A stretch of 48,996 nt of DNA from a virus: IMG/VR virus record IMGVR_UViG_3300045988_094163; one strand, written 5' to 3'. Within the stretch, counting starts at the first letter, position 1; every line of letters begins with the position of its first letter. Both the position numbers and the translations under genes were made by a program. Under the pieces are notes generated by a model. The model saw only the letters and a list, made by a program, of their open reading frames with translations. It made no database searches and was not told the origin of the DNA. Positions 40,824 through 48,996 of this stretch are shown here, one piece after another.

Positions 40824-41193
40824 CTAAAACCAACTCCAATGAAATGTCTGTTACTATGTTATATTCCTGTATGTTGTTCTTCTCCACAACTTTGTATGTG
40901 TTTTCATTTATTATTAAAAAATCTTCCGTCTTAATCTCTCCTATGTTCTCATGTGCGACCATCAGCATTGGCTGTCCTTTGCTGTGTGTCTTTGTTTCAT
41001 CCTGTATGCTCTGTGTAATATATCCTTTTGATACATGAAACAACCCTTTAACATTTGCAATTTGTTCTGGTTCTTCTTTTGTTGGCTCTCCATACTTATC
41101 AACCTTTTTTCGGAAGAATGTATACTCTGTTCCATGCATCTGTATCTCTCTTAAAACCTTGTGGAGTTCCATTTTCATTCTTGCTTCATTCAT
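40810..41193 (-). CDS. Head closure / head-tail adaptor protein (127 aa)
   Basis: Position and size. Confidence 0.45.
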   Translation of the reverse strand: MNEARMKMELHKVLREIQMHGTEYTFFRKKVDKYGEPTKEEPEQIANVKGLFHVSKGYITQSIQDETKTHSKGQPMLMVAHENIGEIKTEDFLIINENTYKVVEKNNIQEYNIVTDISLELVLDGRN

Positions 41194-41441
41194 TATGTCA
41201 GCACCCCACTATTCGTAGAAACATATCGGGAAGCCAACATCTTGAAATAACTAGAACTATCCTGCGTAGTCAATCCACTGACATTCAAGCCTGTTGTTTC
41301 AGCTTTTAAAATCAATCCTTCATAACTCGCTTTGTTCACATCTCCACCATTGTTATCCAATAATGCCTGTAACTCCGATTCTTCAAAATAAGGAATTTGT
41401 TTTTCCCTTAAATTGAATTTTAGCTGTTCTAATTTATCCAT
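41193..41441 (-). CDS. Head-tail connector (gp6-like) candidate (82 aa)
   Basis: ATG 41441 (AGGGAG upstream). The track N-terminal extension overlaps the upstream gene. Confidence 0.4.
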   Translation of the reverse strand: MDKLEQLKFNLREKQIPYFEESELQALLDNNGGDVNKASYEGLILKAETTGLNVSGLTTQDSSSYFKMLASRYVSTNSGVLT

Positions 41442-41460
41442 TCTGTTCACTCCCTTTCTG

Positions 41461-41778
41461 TTACATCTTTGCTTCTCTGATTGCTTTCTGGATAATCTGC
41501 CTTGCCTCTCGAACATTTCTTGCACCAGAAGTATCAATGTTATGTTCTTTCGCATACTCTGCTAACTGTTCTTTGTTCATCTCTGAAATCGGAATTGTTT
41601 CAACCTCGTGTACTTCTTCCTCTTCTTCCTCAAACTCTCCTGTATCAATCATGTCTGTTTCTTGTTTCGCTTCTTCCTCTCCAACAATCCTGTACCCTTT
41701 GTTACGGAACAATGTTTCATAAGAATGTTTGCTCACCTTCACAACATGCTGTCCTCTTTTTGCTGTTACCATTGCCAT
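41461..41778 (-). CDS. Acidic head-module protein with a C-terminal HeH/Rho_N-like motif (105 aa)
   Basis: ATG 41778 (GGGAGG upstream). EEEEEE tract. MNKEQLAEYAKEHNIDTSGARNVREARQIIQKAI. Confidence 0.5.
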   Translation of the reverse strand: MAMVTAKRGQHVVKVSKHSYETLFRNKGYRIVGEEEAKQETDMIDTGEFEEEEEEVHEVETIPISEMNKEQLAEYAKEHNIDTSGARNVREARQIIQKAIREAKM

Positions 41779-41792
41779 GTTACTTTCCTCCC

Positions 41793-42827
41793 TTACGCAA
41801 TTACATCCAGAATGTAAACTTGGTCTGCTGTTGGGAAGTCTGGCAGACAAATCATAGTTACTTTTGTTTCAACTGTTACTGGGTCTGCTTTCTGAATGGT
41901 TGTTACTGCTACACCTGTGTCTGTGATTGTTACATTTGCAACACTTCCTGTCATAAGGTCAGATTCTTCTGGTGTTGTTCCGAACCATGTGTTGCCTAAC
42001 TGTCCAGACGGGAACATAACAAACACATCATCTGCAACATATCTCTGTGCTGTTCCTTTTTCATCTTTGTAACGCTTGTCATTTACAACAATCTGTAATC
42101 CAAGTTCATCTGCAATGTACTGTTTGATTTTCGCATCTGAAATAAAGCCTGCTCCATCTGTAAGAACCATGATGGAAGCCTTGATTTCATTGTTAATGCG
42201 AAAATATCCGAACACCTTAGAAGAACACGTTGCTCTCTCTGGTGTTACTCCTGTATCATCAACAATCTTCTGGATTCCTTTTCTAATGTCCTCCATGATT
42301 GTTGCTGTCGGGTCACTCCATGACTTTGTTACAGTTACTTTGTGGTCTTCTGGCATTTGATAGTCATACTCATAAGCCTGTCCGTTACCTTCCATAACGA
42401 TTGTTCCAGTTGTAAGTGCCATCATACGCATACGCTCTCTCTGTGCCGCCGCACCCTCTAACAAATCCATTTCGTCATTGAAGATTCTGTTTACTACTGC
42501 GTCAATGTACGCTTGATTGTTGCTCTCGATAACTTTGTTGAGTTCCTGTCTCAATTCCTCATCAATGTACTTTGATTCCTTAAAAAACGGCATCTGTGCG
42601 CTTAACTTCTCAAATCCAATTCTCGGACGAGGAATAGCCGCAACATCAAACGCAGACGCTTTCAGAACAACAGGAAGTCCATTTGAACCCTTTAACCATT
42701 TAAGGTCAAGTCCTAACTTCTTATCATCTGGGAACAGTTCTTCCCCCATGTATGGCTCTCTCTCTTGTGTCAGCAACTCCCAATACGCAACAATTTCTTC
42801 GCTGATAATTAAATCGTAAATACTCAT
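41793..42827 (-). CDS. Major capsid protein (gpE-like family), 344 aa
   Basis: ATG 42827 (GAAGGGAG upstream). Position after the scaffold and decoration genes. N-terminal MSIYDLIISEEIVAYWELLTQEREPYMGEELFP pattern. Confidence 0.7.
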   Translation of the reverse strand: MSIYDLIISEEIVAYWELLTQEREPYMGEELFPDDKKLGLDLKWLKGSNGLPVVLKASAFDVAAIPRPRIGFEKLSAQMPFFKESKYIDEELRQELNKVIESNNQAYIDAVVNRIFNDEMDLLEGAAAQRERMRMMALTTGTIVMEGNGQAYEYDYQMPEDHKVTVTKSWSDPTATIMEDIRKGIQKIVDDTGVTPERATCSSKVFGYFRINNEIKASIMVLTDGAGFISDAKIKQYIADELGLQIVVNDKRYKDEKGTAQRYVADDVFVMFPSGQLGNTWFGTTPEESDLMTGSVANVTITDTGVAVTTIQKADPVTVETKVTMICLPDFPTADQVYILDVIA

Positions 42828-42852
42828 TGTTTTTGTTTCTCCCTTCTTTGTT

Positions 42853-43251
42853 TTAGCAAGCCACAAACTTAATCATAGGCAGAGCCGCCTTGACCTCTGC
42901 GGTAATCTTTGCTTTTGTTTTATCATCAATTCTGTTTGTGTTTACAAATCCAAACAACAAAATTGTACCATTATTATCTCCCACTGTTACATCGACATCA
43001 TGTAACAGGATTCCTACTGCATTAGATGTCTTGTTAGTATCACCAGACGAAACAGCCGCAGTAAATGCTGTTTCCCTTGCATCAAGGTTTCCTGTAATCG
43101 GTGTTCCTGCCTTTGCAATCTTCTTTGTTCCCTCTGCAACTCCTACGGTTTCATCTACCACGATACCCATAGATACTTGATGTTCTACTGCAAAAAGAAT
43201 CTGATTTCCAGAACCATAAGTTTCTTTCTTAATACCTGTATTGTTCAGCAT
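42853..43251 (-). CDS. Head decoration-like protein (132 aa)
   Basis: Lies between the scaffold and capsid genes. Beta-rich, with AKAGTPITGNLD. Confidence 0.35.
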   Translation of the reverse strand: MLNNTGIKKETYGSGNQILFAVEHQVSMGIVVDETVGVAEGTKKIAKAGTPITGNLDARETAFTAAVSSGDTNKTSNAVGILLHDVDVTVGDNNGTILLFGFVNTNRIDDKTKAKITAEVKAALPMIKFVAC

Positions 43252-43263
43252 TGTTTCTACCTC

Positions 43264-43950
43264 CTATTTGAAATAATGGCTTTTGTTTGTTTTACGTCCT
43301 GCTAACAGACGTTCAGCCATAGAACCTTTGTGTTCTTCCTTTGTTTCCATTCCGCCCTTTTCTTCTTTCTTTGTTCCAGACTTCTCAGACGGTTTTGTTA
43401 CTCTCGCTCTTGTAACTGTTTTGTCCTTGTTCTTTCCCTTTTCTTCTGTTTCTTCTTCGTCGGACTTAAAATACACCTTTCCAGATGTACTGTCTTTGAT
43501 TTCTGCAATTACAGCATTGATGTCCTTGTCCTTTGTTACCTTTGCTTTTGCAACAACCACAAGGTCGTCTACCAACTCTGGCTTTGCTCCTAACTGAACC
43601 GCTGACAACTTTGCTTCTGCAAGGATTCTTCCCTCACGTTCTCTTGCAAGTTCCTTTGTTGTCTCTGTCAGAGCATCTTCCTTCCTCTGTAACTCTGTTT
43701 TGTTTGCTTCTTCCGTTTCCTTGTGTTTTGTTACAATCCCTTTCAAAGCATCTGCATCCTCAACTCCGAGGTCTTTCAGAAATCCAGACAACGCTTCACT
43801 TTTCACTTTTTCAACATCGACTTTCTGTTCTGTTTCCTGCTTCTGTGTTTCCGTTGTCTGCTGTTTTGCACTCTGCTGTGTCTGCTGATTCTGTGTTCCT
43901 TCTGTTCCCTGCTGTCCTTCTGTTCCTGTTCCCTTTACTTCTTCTGCCAT
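43264..43950 (-). CDS. Scaffolding protein (228 aa)
   Basis: ATG 43950 (AAGGAG 9 nt upstream). Q/E/K-rich helical protein with LQRKEDALTETTKELAREREGRILAEAKL (DUF4355-like). Confidence 0.6.
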   Translation of the reverse strand: MAEEVKGTGTEGQQGTEGTQNQQTQQSAKQQTTETQKQETEQKVDVEKVKSEALSGFLKDLGVEDADALKGIVTKHKETEEANKTELQRKEDALTETTKELAREREGRILAEAKLSAVQLGAKPELVDDLVVVAKAKVTKDKDINAVIAEIKDSTSGKVYFKSDEEETEEKGKNKDKTVTRARVTKPSEKSGTKKEEKGGMETKEEHKGSMAERLLAGRKTNKSHYFK

Positions 43951-43952
43951 GT

Positions 43953-44279
43953 TCAATTCTCCTTTTCTTCAAAATATTTGCAATACTTTGTCTGCAAGAT
44001 TTTCATTTCTCTTTCTAACCGTTTTTGTTTCTTCTCAATATCTTTTAACTTTCTCCTGTATTGGTGTTCATCTCTAATTGTTCCCAACATTGCTGTGTGC
44101 CTGCGAATCTGTTTCTTTAAAACCAATGTGGATTGGCTATCATAACAAACATTATATTGTTCTCCACAATGTGGGCATTCCAGATATGTTCGTATGATGT
44201 ACTGTCCATCAATCTGTTTTTCCTTTTCCTTCAATACATTGTTAAATTCCTTATGACATCTATCACAAGTTACTTTCAA
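43953..44279 (-). CDS. Zinc-ribbon protein, paralogue 2 (108 aa)
   Basis: CDRC...x30...CPHCGEQYNVCYDS followed by a basic coiled coil. Confidence 0.55.
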   Translation of the reverse strand: MKVTCDRCHKEFNNVLKEKEKQIDGQYIIRTYLECPHCGEQYNVCYDSQSTLVLKKQIRRHTAMLGTIRDEHQYRRKLKDIEKKQKRLEREMKILQTKYCKYFEEKEN

Positions 44280-44676
44280 TTATATCACCAACCTTTGGGA
44301 ATGTCAACTGTTCTACTACAACTTTTTTATTTTCATCAAATAATTTTTTTCCGCTACACAGTTCATTCAAATCTTCCCTTTTTCTTCGTAACTCCTTCAT
44401 CCATCTGTCTTTTTTACGAATATCTTTCGGACTAATTGTTTCTCCTTTCATTTTCTTTCTTGCAACTTTGATTGTCAGACTTTTCAGCTTTCGGAACATT
44501 TCTAATGTCTCTGTACTATCAATCTGTACCACATCACGTTCTCCGCAACGCTTACAATCACAATACATAATTTTGTAATATGTTCCTTCCTCGTCATATA
44601 CATCCATACGAATCAGATTCCCAGAATCAATCTCATTTACTTCTCCACACTTTCTGCAAACTCTCTGAACTTTCAC
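44263..44676 (-). CDS. Zinc-ribbon protein, paralogue 1 (137 aa)
   Basis: CRKC...x28...CKRCGERDVVQIDS followed by a basic coiled coil. Confidence 0.55.
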   Translation of the reverse strand: MKVQRVCRKCGEVNEIDSGNLIRMDVYDEEGTYYKIMYCDCKRCGERDVVQIDSTETLEMFRKLKSLTIKVARKKMKGETISPKDIRKKDRWMKELRRKREDLNELCSGKKLFDENKKVVVEQLTFPKVGDIIESNL

Positions 44677-44711
44677 CTATTTTGTTCTCCCTTCTGTTCT
44701 TATTCATTTTG

Positions 44712-45680
44712 TTATGCAACAAAATCCAACGCATATCTGTCTATGTCTGGATATGTTCCAATCGGTGCTTGATACCACTGTCCTATTTTTCTTGCTATAT
44801 CTGTCATGCTGTCTGGTATCACTGCTTCAAATGTACACATACCATTTGGATGGTCTAACGGTAACTGGTCTTTTGGGAACACTCCCACACCCAAACCAAA
44901 TTGGTCTGTCTCTGACCTTTCTCTGCATATCTCGCATACTCTTCCATGGAAATTAGAGGTTAACCACCGATACCCAACGACAAATGGGTCATTTCTATTT
45001 ACATTCTCAAAACTTTGTTGGTACGCATGACTTATCATTGTTCTAGCCAATCGTAACGCATTGTAATCAATCTTTCCAAAATATACACTGTCTTTTATTT
45101 TGTTTCCTGCCTTGTCATATCTCCACGATTGAATTGTTTTTGCCTGTTTCCTTGCACTAGGGTCAACATACTGTTCTAACTCTTTCGCTATCTCAACTGC
45201 TGATTTTCCTTGTGCTGTTCCAATAGATATAATCTTGCTTAAATCATCCTGTGTTCGTTTGTTATATCCCCAGATAGCACCACTTAATGTCCAACCATCT
45301 TGGTAAACATTTCCACTTGTGATGTTTCTAATAATCTGGTCTGGAACATAACTAAACGCATTGTGTATATCCTCATCACGAAACCCACACTGTTTTAGAA
45401 ATGTCCTTGTATCTTCCACAACTTCATTGGAAACAATCCGCATATCTCGAATGATTCCATTCTGTATATTACTATTTAACTGTGCAATTCTGTTCTTGAT
45501 GTCACGCTGTAACAATATCAAGTTCTGTTTCTGTAAATTATTGTTTCCTAATTGTCCAACCTTCCTTGTCACATCTTGGTATAATTGTTCATATAACCTT
45601 TTGATTTCTTTCTGTTGTGACATGGTAGTTGTTTGTCTGACTTGTTCTGCATTTTTCAAACTAAACTTTTGTCTTGCCAT
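44712..45680 (-). CDS. Head morphogenesis protein (SPP1 gp7 / Mu F family), 322 aa
   Basis: C-terminal GRVCEICRERSE...PLDHPNGMCTFEAV is the Phage_Mu_F signature. Follows the portal gene. Confidence 0.75.
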   Translation of the reverse strand: MARQKFSLKNAEQVRQTTTMSQQKEIKRLYEQLYQDVTRKVGQLGNNNLQKQNLILLQRDIKNRIAQLNSNIQNGIIRDMRIVSNEVVEDTRTFLKQCGFRDEDIHNAFSYVPDQIIRNITSGNVYQDGWTLSGAIWGYNKRTQDDLSKIISIGTAQGKSAVEIAKELEQYVDPSARKQAKTIQSWRYDKAGNKIKDSVYFGKIDYNALRLARTMISHAYQQSFENVNRNDPFVVGYRWLTSNFHGRVCEICRERSETDQFGLGVGVFPKDQLPLDHPNGMCTFEAVIPDSMTDIARKIGQWYQAPIGTYPDIDRYALDFVA

Positions 45681-45707
45681 ACTTCACCGCCTTGTTTTTA
45701 TATTTCA

Positions 45708-45735
45708 ATTATACTACATCTGCAAAGAATGTCAA
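45708..45735 (-). promoter_or_regulatory. Sigma-A-type internal promoter
   Basis: TTGACA (45735-45730), 16-nt spacer, TATAAT (45713-45708). Confidence 0.6.
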
Positions 45736-45738
45736 TAC

Positions 45739-47325
45739 CTATTCTTCATTTGTTTGTGTATCTTCTAACGTTTTCTGTGTTTCAATCACTTCCAGATTAT
45801 CGTCAACCTTTTCAGATGTTCCACGTCTGTTTAACTCTGCCTGTACTTGTGTGTTCATACTCATAGAATCAAACATATTGTTTTCAATCGCAATCTGCAT
45901 AAGTTCATCATCAATCTGTGCATCTGTCTTAAATTCTGCCCTTCTCCATTTCTTAATGTATGACTTTCTGCTTCGTGCATTTGCCGCAATCTCTGCAAGG
46001 TCAGAATTTTTTTCTTCTTCTTCATCCTCTGCAAGTGCATAGTTTTCCATGACTTCAATGTTGTACTGTACTTCATCTAATCCTGTTAAAACATAATAAG
46101 AAACTACATCTGCTTTGTTTAATACAGCAAGGTCAATGATTGCTTCTGCAATAAACTCAATCGCTGGTTTCCATGTTTTTAACTTTTCATCACAACGAAC
46201 CTGTAATGGATAATACAATGCTTTCAATGCCTTACCGCTTGTAATTGTTCCTGCCATTGTTTCTTCTGATATGTTTGGCATATCAACTTCATTGTACATA
46301 GTTGTTTTCAATCGGTCAAGCGTAACTTTCACTGGCTCTGTGTGGTTCATACTAGGCGCTAATGTACCAACCATAGGTGAAACATTGTTCTGGTTCTGTT
46401 CTGATTTCAAATCCCAATATGCTCCTGCACCAGAACTAAGGTTCTTTGTTGTATGCGAGTTCATGTCCACAGTGTAACGGATTGGGTTCATTCCTTTTCG
46501 TTCACTGTCAATATCTCCATTCCCAAGCCGACTATAACCAGACTCATACTCGGTAAGGCTTTCAATCTCTGACACTCCTTGTTTATCCTCTAATGTTCCA
46601 TCATTCACAATCACAACAGCAGGAATGTAATCTAACTTTATTTCCTGTTCTTGTATTACTGTTTCCTGTACTACCCCTAAACCATTATAAAGGATAGAAC
46701 TCATATAAATTGTCCCATTCCTTTCCTCATACCGATTTACAAGGTATAATCTTTCTTGTGTTGACTTTGTTTGATTTACATTTTCAAAACTGATAAACTT
46801 CGTTAATCTGTCTGAACCATACTCTGTTTCATAATAGAACTGTAAACTGTTGTAAAAATGTGTCTGTATGCCATCCTCTTCGGAAAAATCCACGAGACAC
46901 GCAACACGCTTTCCGATAAAACAATCTTTTGCACTCTGTAACAATGTTCTAGGGAAATTATTCTTTTTGTCCTTTAACACTTTGTCAATCAATATTTGGT
47001 ATTGTTCCACCTGTTTCATGGCTGTCTGTTCTGTATCTACAGATTGTATGAATACATCTGGTGTTTGTGAAAACATGAAACGTGCTTCTTTGTCAATCAA
47101 TGTTTTCGCAATCTTAAAACGAATGTTTGACGGTTGATAATCTCCACTGCTACCCTCTGTGTAGAACTCTGCACCTTTTTTGTAATCCAAATAATTTTGT
47201 TTGATTTCAAGCAATTCTCTTGTATATAGATTATATCCTGTTTTAATTTCATTCTTCAAAACAAAATAGGGGAAACTTGCCAGTGCCTTTGTTACCTCTA
47301 CTGTGTATTGTTTGTTCTTTGCCAA
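45739..47325 (-). CDS. Portal protein (SPP1 gp6-like), 528 aa
   Basis: TTG 47325 with GGAAGGAGGGAG upstream. The track M1 at 47367 lies inside the promoter. Size and position fit, as does FKIAKTLIDKEARFMFSQ. Confidence 0.8.
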   Translation of the reverse strand: MAKNKQYTVEVTKALASFPYFVLKNEIKTGYNLYTRELLEIKQNYLDYKKGAEFYTEGSSGDYQPSNIRFKIAKTLIDKEARFMFSQTPDVFIQSVDTEQTAMKQVEQYQILIDKVLKDKKNNFPRTLLQSAKDCFIGKRVACLVDFSEEDGIQTHFYNSLQFYYETEYGSDRLTKFISFENVNQTKSTQERLYLVNRYEERNGTIYMSSILYNGLGVVQETVIQEQEIKLDYIPAVVIVNDGTLEDKQGVSEIESLTEYESGYSRLGNGDIDSERKGMNPIRYTVDMNSHTTKNLSSGAGAYWDLKSEQNQNNVSPMVGTLAPSMNHTEPVKVTLDRLKTTMYNEVDMPNISEETMAGTITSGKALKALYYPLQVRCDEKLKTWKPAIEFIAEAIIDLAVLNKADVVSYYVLTGLDEVQYNIEVMENYALAEDEEEEKNSDLAEIAANARSRKSYIKKWRRAEFKTDAQIDDELMQIAIENNMFDSMSMNTQVQAELNRRGTSEKVDDNLEVIETQKTLEDTQTNEE

Positions 47326-47352
47326 AGGTTCTCCCTCCTTCCTTTTTCTTTT

Positions 47353-47381
47353 ATTATACCACAACAAAAAATAGATGTCAA
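47353..47381 (-). promoter_or_regulatory. Consensus sigma-A promoter of the head-tail operon
   Basis: TTGACA (47381-47376), 17-nt spacer, TGgTATAAT (-10 at 47358-47353). Confidence 0.75.
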
Positions 47382-47383
47382 AT

Positions 47384-47413
47384 AAAAAATAGGGTGGAAA
47401 ACATCCACCCTAT
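47384..47413 (-). terminator. Strong intrinsic terminator after the endolysin gene
   Basis: AUAGGGUGGA-UGUUU-UCCACCCUAU followed by UUUUU. Confidence 0.85.
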
Positions 47414-47421
47414 AAAACAAA

Positions 47422-48456
47422 TTACACAATATCAATAATCAACTTATCAGCCGCAATTCCGATAACACCTGCATAACCATCATAACCACCGCCAACTTGA
47501 TTATCAATCTGATAAGGATAATAAGATTCGTTGTTAATATCGGACAAACAATATTTTGCATATTTATATTTGTACCCTGATGGTGTCAAATATTCCGCTT
47601 CCAACGCCTGAATCGGAGAACCATCACCAACAACCCCATTGACTAAATCATTGACATTGTATGATTGTCCGAAAATAATATATTCAAGCCATCCATTCTT
47701 CTGTGTACACACTCTTGCTTTCAATTTTCCAACAGACACTCTAAAGCCTAAATATTTTAACGGCTCACCGTCTCTCGCTCCAATCCAGTCAGTAGCGTTC
47801 AAGACTTCGTCCCACCATCTATCAGTATACCCTCTCGTCCAGATATTAACCTTTCCTAATTCTTTAAGTCCACCTGTGTTCGGAACAACAGAGCCTTGTG
47901 GTCTTGGTTTTGAGACATCACTTGCACCAGAACTAGCCTGTTTATTAATTCCATCTGCAATGAGTCTCGCAATCCCTTTTACACCTAAAGAATTATAAAT
48001 GTCAACATCATGTTTGTTATCACAAAACAATGTTTCGATAATCATAGCTGGCATAACAGAAGCCGTCAAATCGTGATATCCTGTGCTATATTTTGTTCCT
48101 CTGTTGTAAAATCCCTTTGATTTAAAGTTCTTACAAATCTGTTCTGCAATCTGATTCATGTTTCCATTAGACTGGTCATATAGCCAACATTCAACGCCAT
48201 TTGCCACACTATTAAATGCATTCATATGTATCGAAACAAAGATATCACATCCATTTGCATTTGCTTTACTTGTTCCATCATACAATTCCTGCCCTTCGCT
48301 ATATGCATCGGAATTACAATTAACAATCGTATGTCCTTGTGCTGTCAGCATCGGTACAAGTTCATTATAGACTTTCCTTACTTCTGCCTGTTCATCCAAA
48401 TAGCCAATTTTGCCTTTACAATTCGGTGAATGTCCACCTCTTAACCCGATTTTCAT
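47422..48456 (-). CDS. Endolysin: N-acetylmuramoyl-L-alanine amidase (Amidase_3 type) with an unrecognised C-terminal wall-binding domain (344 aa)
   Basis: GLRGGHSPN, LDEQAE, IFVSIHMNA and AMIIETLFCDN match the Amidase_3 zinc and catalytic positions. Downstream of two holins. Confidence 0.85.
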   Translation of the reverse strand: MKIGLRGGHSPNCKGKIGYLDEQAEVRKVYNELVPMLTAQGHTIVNCNSDAYSEGQELYDGTSKANANGCDIFVSIHMNAFNSVANGVECWLYDQSNGNMNQIAEQICKNFKSKGFYNRGTKYSTGYHDLTASVMPAMIIETLFCDNKHDVDIYNSLGVKGIARLIADGINKQASSGASDVSKPRPQGSVVPNTGGLKELGKVNIWTRGYTDRWWDEVLNATDWIGARDGEPLKYLGFRVSVGKLKARVCTQKNGWLEYIIFGQSYNVNDLVNGVVGDGSPIQALEAEYLTPSGYKYKYAKYCLSDINNESYYPYQIDNQVGGGYDGYAGVIGIAADKLIIDIV

Positions 48457-48459
48457 GTT

Positions 48460-48714
48460 TTAAACCTCCTGTTCTTCTTTTGTTTCATGTTCTGATTCTA
48501 CTTCTGGGATTCCCGCAACACTGATAGCAACACTAATCACAGCCGCAACACCAGACACAGAAAAAATGTGTGCCCAGCCTACCTCGTTAAACGCCTGACC
48601 AACTGTTACCATCGAAACAAATGTTTCTGCGAATGTTTTAACTGCACGAACCCATGTTGCTTTTGCCCATTTTTTTGTATCTACTGACACTTTAAACACT
48701 GCATTTTTAAACAT
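48460..48714 (-). CDS. Holin (phi LC3 / LL-H-like), 84 aa
   Basis: AAAGGAGG RBS. KWAKATWVRAVKTFAETFVSMVTV... plus a second TM helix FSVSGVAAVISVAISVAGI. Acidic C-terminus. Confidence 0.7.
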   Translation of the reverse strand: MFKNAVFKVSVDTKKWAKATWVRAVKTFAETFVSMVTVGQAFNEVGWAHIFSVSGVAAVISVAISVAGIPEVESEHETKEEQEV

Positions 48715-48741
48715 ATATTCTCACCTCCTTTGTTTTATTTA

Positions 48742-48996
48742 CTATTTAATTGAGTGTTTAATGTCAATTATACCATCACTCAATTCATCAATCTTATCCC
48801 ATTGCCTTTTTTGACCCTCTCTCACTTTATCTTTGTAATCATCAAATTCTTTGATATGCTGTTTTAACTCTTCGTCTCTTTCATCCATCTTTTCTGCTAT
48901 TCTGTCTATCCTAGACACGAGGATAGACATTGCCTTAGTGTTATCATTCAATGGTTTAAACAACATCACAAACAATCCAATCAAAGAGGATAAACA
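48742..48996 (-). CDS. 3-prime part of the BhlA/UviB-like holin-type gene that starts at 113 (wraps the junction)
   Basis: In-frame continuation across the 77-bp overlap. Coiled-coil tail RIDRIAEKMDERDEELKQHIKEF. Confidence 0.5.
   Translation of the reverse strand, partial: CLSSLIGLFVMLFKPLNDNTKAMSILVSRIDRIAEKMDERDEELKQHIKEFDDYKDKVREGQKRQWDKIDELSDGIIDIKHSIK
48920..48996. repeat. Second copy of the 77-bp terminal overlap
   Basis: Identical to 1-77. Confidence 0.95.

Noticed and set aside
18435-46076. Internal alternative-frame minus-strand ORFs (322-525, 18435-18632, 20032-20214, 20187-20399, 26609-26857, 28625-28822, 29627-29815, 34951-35139, 36657-37010, 45861-46076)
   Set aside because: They are fully embedded in longer, motif-supported genes in another frame, with no RBS and biased composition.
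507-48524. All plus-strand ORFs in the six-frame track (for example 507-773, 9375-9767, 13528-13980, 19718-20296, 34382-34954, 37193-37801, 43533-44018, 45674-46042)
   Set aside because: Each lies antisense inside a well-supported minus-strand gene and lacks a Shine-Dalgarno sequence. Each translates to low-complexity Cys/Phe/Leu/Ser-rich strings, as expected from the complement of purine-rich coding DNA.
1-48996. CRISPR arrays, tRNA/tmRNA genes, integrase/excisionase or CI-like repressor, reverse transcriptase/DGR, transposases
   Set aside because: No spaced direct-repeat array and no cloverleaf-like sequence appear in any intergenic gap. No ORF has tyrosine or serine recombinase, RT (YxDD) or transposase motifs. 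The only mobile element seen is the terL intron.

Overview
The window is one complete tailed-phage genome. Bases 1-77 are identical to 48920-48996, and an ORF reads through that junction, so the contig is circular or circularly permuted with 48,919 bp of unique sequence. All credible genes (about 80, including 6 small ORFs below the 60-aa track cutoff) lie on the minus strand. Strong GGAGG-type ribosome-binding sites (RBS), low GC, an Amidase_3-type endolysin, BhlA/LC3-type holins and Listeria-Bacteroides repeats point to a low-GC Gram-positive (Clostridia-like) host. I found no integrase, repressor, tRNA, CRISPR array or reverse transcriptase, which suggests a virulent siphovirus-like phage.

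Gene order in the direction of transcription (descending coordinates):
- Early/replication region (27.75 to 8.86 kb): SAP-domain protein, DnaG-type primase, gp32-like ssDNA-binding candidate, DnaE-type polymerase, RecA-like recombinase, Cas4-like exonuclease, RuvC-like resolvase, CobS-like AAA+ ATPase with an unknown partner, RNase HI, and many small Cys-rich or acidic proteins.
- A consensus promoter and a 310-nt structured leader (8.86 to 8.5 kb), then a block with a sigma region-4-like helix-turn-helix (HTH) protein, MazG, a ParB-like protein and a GT-A-like protein.
- terL, which is split by a group I intron carrying an HNH endonuclease. It appears to be co-transcribed with a fibre-like gene, two holins and the endolysin across the junction.
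- The portal-to-tail operon (47.3 to 30.7 kb).
- Two terminator-insulated accessory cassettes of unrecognised Q/N-rich and Cys-rich proteins (30.55 to 27.86 kb).

Transcription is punctuated by 14 near-consensus sigma-A promoters and 8 minus-strand intrinsic terminators.

Best candidates for something new:
- the insulated Q/N-rich and Cys-rich cassettes
- the structured leader RNA
- a small membrane peptide gene paired with the only plus-strand-oriented terminator
- two sigma-region-4-only mini proteins
- HeH motifs and acidic Trp-containing tails repeated across several proteins
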